Assembly (NCBI RefSeq): GCF_018977255.1
Contig: NW_024704742.1
Span: forward strand, 86,120,001 to 86,184,000
Reading direction: 5' to 3'
From: Callorhinchus milii
Lineage: Eukaryota
Length of the DNA: 64,000 nucleotides
In this document: piece after piece, positions 24,130-36,719 of the stretch
How positions within the stretch are numbered: the stretch's first letter is position 1
Layout: every line of letters starts with the position of its first letter
Position numbers and translations under genes: made by a program
Notes under the pieces: model-generated
The model's database searches: none
The model's input: only the letters and a program-made list of their open reading frames with translations
What the model was told of the DNA's origin: nothing

Positions 24130-24500
24130 TGAAAGGTGGAGGGTTTGAGGGAGAGTGTTCCAGAGTTTCGGAGTGTAGAGGCTGAAAGCACAACCTCTGA
24201 TGGTCGGGGAGGGATGGTGAAAGAGACGAGCAGGAGGTTTGTGCCTGTCGGGTTGGGTGGTGGATTGGGGAGTGAGGAGTTCGGAGAGGTAGGGAGGTGC
24301 CAGAGAGTGAAGAGATTTGAACACCAGTGTGAGGATCTAGAAGTCGATCCATTCGGTGATGGAGAGCCAGTGAAGCCTGGCCAGAACTGGTGAGATGTGA
24401 GTACGGAGTTTGGTCCGGGTCAGTATGTGGGCAGCAGAGTTCTGAATGAGCTGGAGCTTTTGAATAGTGGAGCTCTGGATTGAACCCAGTGATGAGATAG
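24130..24500 (-). mobile_element. Old L2 ORF2 C-terminal fragment
   Basis: FKSLHSLAPPYLSELL..AFSLYTPKLWNTLP. Confidence 0.8.
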
Positions 24501-25891
24501 TCGCTCAGCAATAACAGACAGCAGCACTGAACAAATATTGAACTGTCTTTTGTACCTTATAGAATAAACTTAATTAGTTATGTAATTCCCACTTTAATGA
24601 CAAGATGAGATGAAGTTGTTAACCACACAAAGACAAAATCTGACAATGATAAGGGAAGATTACCAGATAATACTGCATGATAGGAAACGACTGCATATTG
24701 TAGGCAAACACAGCAGCCAATTTGCACACAGATAGTTATCTAAAACAGATAGGCAAATGGCCTTCTTCTATGGTGTATGTTTGTATCGTTCCACAGCAAT
24801 ATCACACAAATAGCCATGAAGTAGTGAATGGGTTAACAGGCACTAGCAAATGTGCTCCAAGATAGAAACGTCTTTTTTTCAGCCCACCCTCTCTGCATTT
24901 AGAAAGGGAAGCCTCCTCCACACTGTTATTAATCTGCTGGTTAGAACAGAAATTTGGAGGCTGTGAAACGACTGTGCTGCTTGAGTGCTGCATAGACAAT
25001 ATTTGTGACAGGATACATTCATTAGAAAGAATGGAGACATGGATCTAATGTACAACAAAGGGGACAGGAGCGTGTGTCAGCTTCCTCAGAAGGAACATGG
25101 TTTTAATTGAAAGTGACTTTGTCAGAGATGCCACACAAAAGGGTGTAGTTATAATTCAATATTGATGGTGAAATGATAAATTAATACCTTTCTGCAACCT
25201 CTCTGGTTATCTTCTTTCACTCTCTGGCATCCCATGGGGTGGACTGGGTGCCATGTTGTGCCATTTACCTTCAAATGATACCTGCCGTGCCATTTGACAG
25301 TCACAGTGCAGTTGTACAGTGACGGCCTATATTGTTGGAGGAACCCTGACTTGTCATACTCTGCTTTTAATGGGTTGTGTTTGGAAATAGGAGCATTAAG
25401 AAAACAATTGCTCGAAGAAAAAAGACCAAGGTCCATCCAGTTCGCCTTCCACCACCCTGGCAGTCGTATGCACATGCCATGTCCCAAACTCTATACTGTT
25501 TCCCAAGATATTATTTCCTAAAATAAATCTTCCTAATTTGCTTTTGAAAGAATCAACTTTCTGTTTCCACCATCTCCCTAAGCAGCCATATATTCTCTGA
25601 CATCTCACTGACATCTCGGTCCAGATTGGCAGCGAACTGGCAGAGAATCCATACGGATGGCGAGCGTGGGAGATGTTGTGCTGGTGCAAAATAAACACAC
25701 CGGCCCAGTGTTTTGTGTCCCTCAGGCTAAGGAGGTCATCGTATGCTGTTCTGGTGTAACATTTCCTTTTCCCACTGCAGCAGCCAGGTTTGGGCTTTCT
25801 TCACTTTCATAATTTATTCAACAACAATTCACGTTTTAATATTTAATTGTGTCATCACGTGGTGTTTCATTTTAGCCTAAGCAGCTGTTAG

Positions 25892-26425
25892 CTCTGCAGC
25901 TCGTGTACTGTCCCGCACCAGGCTTCGCGACCACATCACTCCCACCCTCGCTCGTCTCCACTGGCTTCCCATCCCCCAGAGGATTGATTTCAAGATCCTC
26001 ATCCTCACCTACAAGGCCATTCACGGCCTTGCTCCCTCCTACCTCTCTGACCTACTATCCCCCTACTTACCTGCCCGTACCCTCCGTTCCTCTGGCTCCA
26101 GTCTGCTCCACATCCCCCGCCCCAACCGCCCTACCATCGGTGGCCGGGCCTTCAGCCTCTCAGCCCCGAGGCTCTGGAACTCTATCCGCCAGTGCCTTCG
26201 CCGCCTCCTCCCTTTCCTCCTTCAAGGCCGGTCTCAAGACCTTTCTCTTTGACCGTGCCTTCAGCTCCCCTCTCGACTGTCTACCCCCTCCTCGCTCCCT
26301 CCCTTCCCTCCCCTCACCCTGACCATTTCCCCCCTGCTTGGGTCCTGACCCAACTATCCAGCGCCTTGGGACATCCTCCTGACGTGAAAGACGCTCTATA
26401 AATGAAATCCTGTCCTGTTGTTGTT
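25892..26425 (+). mobile_element. Well-preserved 5'-truncated L2 3' end
   Basis: Frame reads RLRDHITPTLARLHWLPIPQRIDFKILILTYKAIHGLAPSYLSDLL; tail 'gacgctctataaatgaaatcctgtcctgttgttgtt'. Confidence 0.92.
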
Positions 26426-27121
26426 AATGCTGGCAGTGTCTCCACTACATTGGAGGGGATATGCAACAACAACAACAAAATTACATATGTATACCACATC
26501 CAAGGCGCTGACACCAATGACAGTGAACAGTGCCTTAAAAAATTCAAGTGTGCACCAGGCAATGCTCTGCCAGTGGCCTGTTAGAAACGCGGGTAACAAT
26601 GAACCAGAAAGGACTCCCTCCAATGATGCAGATGGTAAAGCTAATGCTCATTCTGTAATTGATCAAGGCTCAAATCTCAGTTTATGCTTACTTAGCTGAT
26701 CGCTGAGATCTCCCAGTGTCCAGGCCAACAATCCCCCAGATAGAATTGATAATTTACTTCATTACTGTTTTGTGGGACATTGCTGAGTGCAAATTGTCTG
26801 ATGTGTTTGCCTGCAAACGACACAGTCATTGTCCTTTACAGTAAATGCTATGAAGTGATTTGAGGCATTGTCATGATGTGAAAGGTGCTGCATCAAATTC
26901 AAGGATTATTATTATTGTATTATCACTCTCCCAACTGATCTCCAATTACCGCATCAAGCTGTTTCCTGAATGAGTGCACTATCCAGGTCTCAACAGCACT
27001 ACCTAATAACTTTTTCCAGTTGTTAATTACACTTTGGGTAAACAATTATTTCCTGGTAACTGTACTATTGGCAACTCTGAGTTTCCATAATCCTGTTCTG
27101 CTGCCTTGGTGTATCTGGTTC

Positions 27122-27493
27122 AATAATAATAATCCTTGCGTTTGATATAGCGCTTTATCACGTTGTTGAGACGTCTCAAAGCGCTTCACAGAATATACTG
27201 CAAAGTGAATTGATTGATTGTATATTTTGTGGCCAAAACATATCATCCAATTGCACACAGCAATGTCCCACAAACAGTTGTGGATTGAGTGACCAAATTA
27301 TTTATTTATTTGGAGGGATTATTACTCCCAAAATCCAATCTGACAATCAACTAACAACTGGGATCCTACTTACTGCTCGGTAAACAGAGGGGTATGCAGT
27401 AGGGAATCTTCCCTAAGATTTTGCCCTGCCCAGGAATCGAACCCGGGTCCTCTTGCTTGCAAGGCAAGGGCTCTAATCAATACGCAGGACTTC
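27122..27493 (-). mobile_element. Full-length tRNA-derived SINE, long subfamily
   Basis: Reverse B-box 'ggaatcgaacccggg', internal 'cctacttactgctcggtaaacagag', Deu segment and tail. Confidence 0.88.
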
Positions 27494-29157
27494 AAAGAAT
27501 TTTTATATGCTTCTTTGAGGTCCCCTCTGAGACATCTCTTTTCAAGCCTGAAGAGCCCTAGCTATTTTTTTAAACCTGGTTTTCACATGTTAAGTGCCTT
27601 AAAGCCTCAAGGTCATTGCTCCAGTGGTTCAGCTTTTACTAATTTTAACTGATGACTTGTGAGGTCCAGGAGCTTTCAGTCCCATAACCAGTGATATGTA
27701 TTACAAAGTTAACACAAGGTTGCTATTATATTAAGAATATAACCAGCCTCAACAGAACAATTTTTTCATTACATTACAGGATTACAAACCATATCAGTGT
27801 CAAGTTTACAGATTTACCTTTCAGTTTTAGTGACACATTTCACAATTCCAGAGTTTTGCCAGCAACCCGATCATTTTATCCAATCCCATTGAGAAACCAT
27901 TGATCTTTTTCCTGTAGAACCAGTTATGATGATTGGAAGCAATATAATATGAATTATTGCATAATTTTGCAGAGCTTTCTAATTAATATTATCCAGCGTG
28001 CCCGCACTCCCCCTGGACTGGTGGAAACGTTATAAGCAATAAAGCTTAACATGGCGCTTTCATGTCAGGAGGATATCTCAAAGTGCTTCACAAAATATTT
28101 TGCAAAGCGTAGTGATTTTATACGTGAATATGGCAGCCAATTTGTGCATGACAGTGAATGACCAATTTTTGGGGGGTTTGTTGGCCAGGATACTGGGAGA
28201 AACTCCTTAAACTTTTTGAATAATGGGATCTTTAAAGAGTACCTGATCAGACAATCTGAATGCCAGTTAGCGAATATTTCAGATCAATATGTGAAGGATG
28301 TTAGCGAAAAATGTGAGATCCTCGGAATTAATATTTTGGCACATTTATCGCATTGAATGTACCCAGAGGTGTAGGAGGCAAACAGCTCTTCCCAATAACA
28401 ACCTCAGTGACCATGACACTGAGGGTGAATCCAAGGCACCAGACCTTCATCTCACAAATTGTGGCATTTGACTGCTGGTTAGCAGGGTTCTGGCTTTTTT
28501 TTCTGTTCAGATAAAAGAAAGACTGGTATCTCATAAGGCTGATGGTCAGATTGCCACAATCTGGGAGCCAGAAATCTAATGCATCATGGAGTCACAGTGA
28601 ATGGGGTGAGGAAGGCTCACCTCCTGTTTATCTGGGTATATTTTAATGAATTATATTGGAAGGTATAATCTTAATACACACATTGATCCGCAATGCTCAC
28701 TAGCTGCCAGGCATGTTGCCACGATCCACAAAATGGAGGCTAATCCTTCATGAATGGGGTGAGTCGTTAATTTGAGTGAGTCATTGGCATTTCCAGAAAA
28801 TCTGTCTTATTTATATAAAATCTACTCCCAAGAATTCTCCTCAGTGCTGTGTCAGTCATTTTTGCCATTAAAGCCCTGTTTAGTATTATAAGGATGGCAT
28901 GGAATCATGGCTCTTAATTACAGTATTGGATTTTCACCAGTGTTAACATCATCCCAAGTAGGATAATTGAGCAAAAATTAGTAAAGAATGATGCTTGTGT
29001 GGCATAAACTGAATTTCTGTGAGGGAATTAGAATTACAGAACACGAAATGTATTCAATTATTAAAGATGGTCATAAATTATCCAGGCTTCTTTTTGTTTA
29101 CCACAATTTTCCTTTGAGCTTACCGTATCAAAGCTTCAATCATCCTGTTATCATCAT

Positions 29158-30822
29158 CAACAACAACAACAAGATTACATTTGTATAGCGTCTTTCATGT
29201 CGGGAGGCCATCCCAAGGTGCTGGACAGTGTACAGCATTTCAGACCCGAGCTGGGGTCAGGGGGGAGAAGGGAGGGGAGGGGAAGGGGGTGGCCGATGGC
29301 ATGGTTGAAGAGGAGGGTCTTGAGAAGGGACTTGATGGAGGCTAAGGACGGGGCGAGGCGAAGTGACTGGGGTATGGAATTCCAGAGGTTGGGCATAGAG
29401 TGGCTGAAGGCTCTCCCGCCAATGGTGGGGCGGGTGGGTCAGGGGAAGTTGAGAAGGCCAGAGCCAGCTGAGTGGAGGGAACGGGCGGGTTGGTAGGGGT
29501 TAGGAGGTCACAGAGGTAGGGTGGGGCGAGGCCATGGAGGCCTTTGTACTTGAGGATCAGTATCTTGAACTGTATCCTCTGAAGCATAGGGAGCCAGTGG
29601 AGTCGGGCAAGAATGGGGGAGATGGGGTCACAGAGGTTGGTGCGTGAGAGGACACGGGCTGCAGAGTTCTGGATTATCTGCAGCCTGTGGAGGGAGGAGT
29701 TGGGAAGGCCGACAAGCGGGGCATTTGCATAGTCGAGCCTGAAGGTGATAAAGGCATGAACAAGAGTTTCAGCGGCCTGAGGGGTGAGGTAGTGGTGGAG
29801 TCGGGCGATGTTACGGAGGTGAGGGAAGGCAGAGCGGGTCATGGCTTGGATGTAGGGAAGAAAAGACAGTTGAGGGTCAAACAAGACACCTGGGGTCCTG
29901 ACTGGTTTGGTGAGTTGAAGTGTGCAACCGTGGAGTCCTGTGGCTCAGTGGTTAGAGCACTCGCTTTGCAAGTGAGAGACCTGAGTTCAATTCCAGGCAG
30001 GGCGAAACCTTGGGCAAGTTTCCTTACTCCACACGCCTAATAATAATCCCTCCAAAACCCAAAACAATAATAAATTGGTCATTTTCAATCTACGACTGTT
30101 TGTGGGACATTGCTGTGCGCAATTGGCTGCCGCGTTTGCCCACAAATATACAGTCAATTCACTTTACAGTGTACTCTGTGAAGCGCTTTGGGACGTCCTC
30201 CCGACGTGAAAAGCGCTATATCAAATGCAAGGATTATTATTATTATTATTATTATTATTATGGAGGTTGATGCTGCCAGAGCCTGAGGTGCAGAGGCGCT
30301 GGCGCGAGCCAATCAGGAGGGCCTTAGTCTTGTTCACATTCAACTGTAGGAAATTTGCCCCCATCCAGGACTTGATGTCCGACAGACAGTCTGTCAGGAC
30401 AGCAGTGGTCCTGGAGTTGAGGGTGGAGGCAGAAAGATAGAGTTGGGTGTCATCCGCATACATGTGGAAGTTGACCCCATGTCTGCGGATGATGTGACCA
30501 AGGGGGACCATGTAGATATTAAAGAGGAGAGGGCCAAGGACAGAGCCCTGGGGGACGCCAGACGTGACAGTGCGGGGGCTGGAGGAGAAATCGTTAGAGG
30601 CAACAAAGTGGAGATGGTGAGAGAGATAGGATTCGATCCAGGCAAGGGCAGGTCCGTGAAGATTGAGTAAAGTGGAGAGGCACTGAATGAGGATGGAGTG
30701 GTCGACAGTGTCGAAGGGGCAGAGAGGTCGAGGAGGACAAGGAGGCAGAGGGAGCCCTGATCACAGATGTTCAGAATGTCATTAGTGACTTTGACCAGGG
30801 CTGTTTCCATGCCGTGGGCAGT
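29158..30822 (-). mobile_element. 5'-truncated L2 LINE (about 1.33 kb without insert) interrupted by a SINE
   Basis: METALVKVTND..LLDLSA..HMYADDTQLY..LDYANA..LHWLP..LWNSIP; (CAA)n at 29158. Confidence 0.93.
29931..30260 (+). mobile_element. Young full-length SINE nested in L2
   Basis: Near-identical to 1801-2120; TGGAG at both junctions (29931 and 30261). Confidence 0.93.
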
Positions 30823-30839
30823 ACTAACTTGGAATAAAT

Positions 30840-31140
30840 TCAGATGAGATGTTAAACCGAGGTCCCATCTGCCTGTTCAGGTAGATATTAAAAATCCCAT
30901 GGTACTATTCAAAAAGAGAAAGGAGTTTCTCCCAATGTCCTAGCCAACAAATTGCACAAATAAAATTGATCATTCATTTCCTGGTTGTTTGTTGGACATT
31001 GTTGTGTGCAAAATTGCTGCTACATTTCGCCCGCAAAATACAGTCGAACCACTTTATGATATATTCTGTGAAGCGCTTTGAGATGTCTCAACTATATGAT
31101 AAGGTGCTATAATTAAACAGAAGGATTATTACTATTATTA
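30840..31140 (+). mobile_element. Deu-domain SINE 3' part
   Basis: 'gatgagatgttaaaccgaggtcccatctgcctgttcaggt..aatcccatggtactattc..' plus tail. Confidence 0.82.
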
Positions 31141-31479
31141 ATATAATTTGTGAGAAGCAAACATGAATGAAAATACGTTGTCCTGGTTACAGTGAATACT
31201 GCGCATGTTTTATGCTGGAGTGGGCCTGGGAGCTGGTGATAGAACAAAGTATAGCTTCAACGCTTTAATTATTGAGTATGGTAGGGTGAATACTCTGGAA
31301 GAATGAGATTAAAAAAATGCTGCCATACAGGGGAGCCCAGTTATAATGCCCACCCAACCCCCGCTCCCCCCGATTTGAGTGCTGCTTCACTTGTAGTGTT
31401 GGTGAACTGTGAACAACAATCCAAACAGAAGTGCAGTAAGTACATTTGGCTTCCAGCGCTGACCTAGCAGCTTCTTGCT

Positions 31480-31700
31480 CTCAAAATGGCCACCTTTCCT
31501 GTTAACAGGTGGTTCCTTAGGCACAGTGTGCACGTGCAAGAAGCTATCAACTTAGCCAGTTTGTTTATGGCTGCTTCACACTGTTTTGACATGGTGATCA
31601 ATGTGTCAACTAACATCCCTAGATGTCTTTCAGCTTCCCCCTTGGCAAGTTCTATCCCATCCATGGAGTACATGCGCTTCTGACTGTTATTCTTGTATAA
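31480..31700 (-). mobile_element. CR1 RT C-terminal relic
   Basis: YSMDGIELAKGEAERHLGMLVD..MSKQCEAAINK resembles CR1 'E(K/R)DLGV.VD..L..S.QC..A..KAN'. Confidence 0.65.
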
Positions 31701-33001
31701 GGCAGAGTCGAATAGATACGTGTTTAAGAGGAATTTAAAGTCAGGGATTTTGGAAGGAATTCCTGAAAGCATGAGCGTAGCAGTTGAAGGCTCAATTACA
31801 GATGGTGAGACGGAGAGAGTGAAAACTGACCAGTAACTGAGAATAAAGACTGAGCCAGAGCCAGAGAAATGGAGAGTATGGGCAGGAGAATGGTGTATGA
31901 CGAGAATGTAAGATCATGAAGGAATATGAACGTAAGGATGAGCTTGCCACTCATTGACTCAATGTAATTTAGGGTAGAGCATTCTGCATGGTGCACCATG
32001 TGACAATGATCAGAAGAGGCCAGAGGCAAAACAGTGCATACACTGTAGGAGATAGGATTTGATCTTATTATAGGGTTTAAAAATAAATAGGAAAACTCCC
32101 ATTCTCTTGAGCTGATATCCATCACCTTGATAAGCACAAAAATTCACAAATAAAACTAAAACTTTGAAACCCATGGCACAGCCTTCACAGATTAAATGGC
32201 TTTGATGTCTAAACCCTGGCGTTTATTAACTTTTGTAATGTTTCTTGTAAAATACTCATTTTCTAACATTATTGCACTGTGAGCTTCAAGGTTGCTAAGA
32301 CAATAAATATGTTTGAAATTGACCTTCATTTGGGGCTTTGCTTAAACAACATTTTACTCAAGGTAGTGTTCTGTGTTCATGTGTTAGTCTTGCTTTTTTT
32401 ACACATCCACTCCCTAGATGTGTTTGAAAGTTCACATCTGAGAGGGAAATCGGTTCTGCAGTGCACATGTGTGAGAGTGAGTAGATGTTTTGTAGAGCGC
32501 ATTGAGGGAAGAAGCATAACAATAATGGGGGATGGAGTAGATTTGCATGGACAGCTTCTTTTGGAAGAGAGAATGAGCTTTCCTTTAGATAAGACTGAAA
32601 TCCTGTAAATAGTTCTGAAACCTGCTAATTATTGCAAACACTCTTACCAAATGTCGGCCGTTGCAGAAATAAATAAAACCTTGTAGATTAAATTTGGTAC
32701 CACTTTAACTGTTAACTAGCTCATCGACGTTTACTTGTAATGACTGTCATCGGGGTTTACTTACTGAAAATAACAAATTATTTCACAGATTTTACAGGAA
32801 AAATATTCAGTGCTTTTCATTTCTTCCATTTAGAACACTTCCATCTGGTTGAAAGCAAATGTGACTGCATTGCCCTTAATCAAATGTCTCTCTTGTATAA
32901 CACTGTTAGCTCGAGGCAGATTCTTCTGTCTTCAGAGGCTTATGCAGTACTGGGCAGGGTGAAGTAGTTAACATTGTATCTTAAGGAAGAACATCAGTTT
33001 T

Positions 33002-33161
33002 AAGGATTGAATTCAACTAAGTCAGCCTATAAACCTGATTTGCCTTAAAACGTAAGATGGTGCAGAATCGTGGAAAGTTCTTTAATTTAATTCATTCTTG
33101 ATTTTAAAGCCGGTATTCTGTCAGTCCTTTGAAACTGACTTCAAAATTAAACTTCAGCCCC
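33002..33161. mobile_element. Family F MITE-like copy
   Basis: 'ggattgaattc..agcctat..aaaacgtaagatggtgcagaatcgtggaa' ... 'ttcagcccc'. Confidence 0.5.
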
Positions 33162-33284
33162 ATTAAATTGGGTTGTTCGGGAATCTTTCTTTACCAATTG
33201 AGAAATTACCAACCTCTATTCGAAAAAAAACATTAGAAAGATTTAAATGAATAATGATTGTGTCCAAGGCCATCTACTCATTAC

Positions 33285-33514
33285 TTGAAATCCCACTTAG
33301 TCTTAGTCTGTAAGAATCGTTTGTCTTAATTTGAAGATTGCACAGAACTGCGGAATATTCTTAAATCTCGCTTTAATTTGGAAGTGGGCGTCTTTTTACA
33401 AATACAGAAATGCTTCCACATTAGGACTGACCTTGAGAATTTTTGCACAATTCTGCACCATCTTAAATTTTAAGACAAAATGGAACCATAGGCTAATACG
33501 AGGCAGAATTTCAA
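33285..33514. mobile_element. Family F fold-back MITE-like element
   Basis: Long imperfect inverted arms 'gtcttaatttgaagattgcacagaactgcggaatattcttaa' / 'ttgagaatttttgcacaattctgcaccatcttaaattttaagac'. Confidence 0.7.
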
Positions 33515-33952
33515 ATCTTGTATTCTACCAGATAAAGATAATAAAAATAATAATCTTTACATTTGATATAGCGCCTTATCATGTCATTGAGACGTCTCAA
33601 AGAGTTTCACGGAATATATTGTAAAGTGGAGTGACTGTATTTTGTGAGTGAAACGCGACAATCAATTGTGTATAGCATTGTCCCACAAACAGCCATGGAT
33701 TGAGTGACCACATTTTTTTTCATTGAACCACTGCATAACTAATGGGGTTTCAGATGTAGCCTGGAAGGGTTTAGCATCCAGAATCTGAAAGAGATTGAGT
33801 GGAAAATGCATCTGATCAGAAGTTTAAACCTGTGTGCAGACACACCACCTGAACTAATTCAAACATCCCTGCTGGGACACTGAGCAAAAAGGCAAAAAAT
33901 AGAAAGAAAAGGGAACTTGAAGCTAAGTGAGGGTCTTTGAAAAATGTAGCCT

Positions 33953-34072
33953 GCTGATTCAACAGTAATTTTTCATGAAGTTAAACAAGATAAAAGGAAT
34001 TTAAAAGAAGGATTAAGTGAATTTGCAGAAAGTGCTGGAGTAAAAGTACAAAAGGTCAAAGCGAAAAGATGA
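33953..34072 (+). pseudogene. Possible highly decayed L1/Tx1-like RT relic
   Basis: My translation ADSTVIFHEVKQDKRNLKEGLSEFAESAGVKVQKVK resembles (Y/F)ADD....F...SGLK.N..K; A-rich plus strand. Confidence 0.25.
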
Positions 34073-34859
34073 GAATAAAGTAAGATTAAAATAAATTATT
34101 TAAAAGATGGGAAATAGACTCAGTTGAAAAACAATGAATCCCTTGAATGCAAATAATTTTGTGATTTTTTACACAATAGCATTAATGCTGGTACTGCCCT
34201 AACATGTTTGGTGCACTTGCATCAATAGAAAAAGTAATGCTGCTGGTGAGAGCTGGTATAATCTGTACTTTAAAAGTTTAAAAACTCCTACACTACTTTA
34301 TCAATCATAAGGATGGAGAGGTCCAGACAATGGCAGTCTTTGGCTTCATTATCCTCTATCTCTCATATCGTTTGATCCTTGCTGAATAGCTATCTAATTC
34401 CCAGTGGAAATATGCTTCCCTGCTCTCTGTGCAGGGATTTATCATGAACTCTGTCCAAAGCATGGGTTTCCTGAGGGAAAGCTCTGCAAATATGTTGAGC
34501 CAATGGTGAAAATAGCAAGCTTTAGACTCACTTTTCCCCCATTAGCAAGATGCTGCTAAAGGTTGCGATATTTGGTGCTCAGTATATGATGGGCCCAGCA
34601 GTTGAGCAATAATCCACAATAGCAATCATATAGGAATAATCACCATTGTACATTGGTACCTTTATTAGTGAAGCCTGGCCCAGTGATTCCCACAGATTAT
34701 ATTTACATCAAGTCAGCAACTCAGAAACCATTCCTTTCCATAGTTTTTTTTACTATTGCCTATGCTTACCCTTTAATCATGTTCCTGGATGATATTGATC
34801 CAAAGGAGTTTCAAAGGAGTTAATTGGTCTTCTTGTGTTGGGAGTTTGTTCCACGTATC

Positions 34860-35190
34860 CACTGACACTCCACTGCAGTGCTGGCGAGTACTCCATTATC
34901 CTTTCGATGGAACATTAAACCAAGATCCTATCTGTCCGTTCAGGTGGATAGTAAACTGTCACGACTCAAAAAGAGAAGGGTTTCTCTCCCGGTGTCCTGG
35001 CCAACAATCTCCCCAGGTAAAATTAGTCATTCACTTCATGGCTGTTTATAGGGCATTGTTATGTGCAAATGACCTGACACGTTCACCCATAAATACAATC
35101 ACTGCACTTTACAGTAAATCCTGTGAAGCATTTGAGATGTTCCTCTGACATGAAAGACGCAATATCAAGAGTAAGAATTATTATTATTAA
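34860..35190 (+). mobile_element. Deu-domain SINE, 5'-decayed
   Basis: 'ctgacactccactgcagtgctg..cctttcgatgg..ctgtccgttcaggtggat' plus tail. Confidence 0.78.
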
Positions 35191-35240
35191 GTCACGATGG
35201 GCAATTTTTTCTGATCTCTTGCCTGACTTGAAGCCTTGTA

Positions 35241-35765
35241 CATCCACGCCATGACCAGCACTGCCTACCACCACCTCCGCAACATTGCCAGACCCTACCA
35301 CTTCCACCCTCGCCCGACTCCACTGGCTCCCCATCCCCCAGAGCTTCGAGTTCAAGATCCTCGTCCTCACTTTTAAGGCCATCCATGGCCTTGCCCCTCC
35401 TACCTCTCTGACTTGCTGCCTCCCTACCAACCTGCCCGCTCCCTCTGCTCATCAGGCTCCGGCCTGCTCCATGTCTCCTGCCCGATGCCCCCCCATCGCT
35501 GGCCGGGCTTTCAGCCTCTGTGCCCCCACATTCTGGAACTCCATCCCACGGTGCCTTCGCCTCACTTCCTCCCTTGCATCCTTCTAGGCCAGTCTCAAGA
35601 CCCTTCTCTTCGACCGTGCCTTTGGTCTCCCTCCCACCTCTCTGCCTTCCCTCACCCCTACACCACCCTTCCCTCATGCTCGGGCTCCGATATCTGACTG
35701 TTCAGCGCTTTGGGACGTCCTCCCGACATGAAAGGTGCTCTATAAATGTAATTTTGTTGTTGTTG
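35241..35765 (+). mobile_element. L2 3' fragment with internal deletion
   Basis: LRNIAR joined directly to TLARLHWLPIPQ; canonical tail 'gcgctttgggacgtcctcccgacatgaaaggtgctctataaatgtaattttgttgttg'. Confidence 0.9.
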
Positions 35766-36719
35766 TAATTTTTGGGGACATGTCCTCTAGTTCTATGCTT
35801 ATAGTCTTAAGTTTAATAAGTCATCTTACAACTATTTCATCTGTGCCTCATAGTATTGTAAAGAAATGGATCATATTCTGCAACCCCACAAAAAAAGACG
35901 TAAGCTCCTTTGCAACTATTGTAAGCCACCTCAATTGAACAGGACCCCCGATGATTTGCAGTGAAAATCATCACTGATTTGACCTGATCTTCAGGGATGG
36001 ACTGACCTGATGGAGCACAATATCCAGTCATGCTATTCCTATTTTTCTAAAGGGAAAAAATTGCCTTGAGTGCCAGGAGACTTTTATTTACTTAGGATAA
36101 TTGCGTCAGAATTTTAAACTTTATCCGTAGTCAGTGAATCACAGCAAGGTAAATTTGCTGCTCAGATATCCAGGGATTTACCGTGTGATTAATACAGCAG
36201 TCAACATAAGGATGGATCATTTTGAGTGTGAAGAAGCCATCTGGGATAATCCTCGATCACATATTTCTCCAATCTAAATTGCAACTGCTCATGACAATTA
36301 TATTTTATGTCAGTATAATTATTCTGCCATTTGTGATTTTTATAATGCAGTATAACATGATTGCACACAGTAGATTTATTGTTATGTGTGATTTGAGTAG
36401 GTGGCCTACAGTAGTACTTCTGTATTGCAGGACTTTTTTTTAAACTCTGCCTCAGAACATGGGTGGCTCTGACATTTGTCTGTCTTTATTAGTTGCCCAT
36501 CATTGGTTGCCCTGAGAAGTGTAAACATATTTAAAAGAAAACTTGATACATACGTGAGAGAGAAGAATGATGTACAAGAGAGAAATAGGTGGGAATGGAA
36601 TTTAGTGAGCAGTGTAAACATTGGTTTGGACTAGTTCAGCTCCAAGGAGACCCTGCTTACCTCCCCCCCAGAAGATTAATCATTAGTTGGTCATTTGACA
36701 TTCCTTTCTCCTGGCTCAG

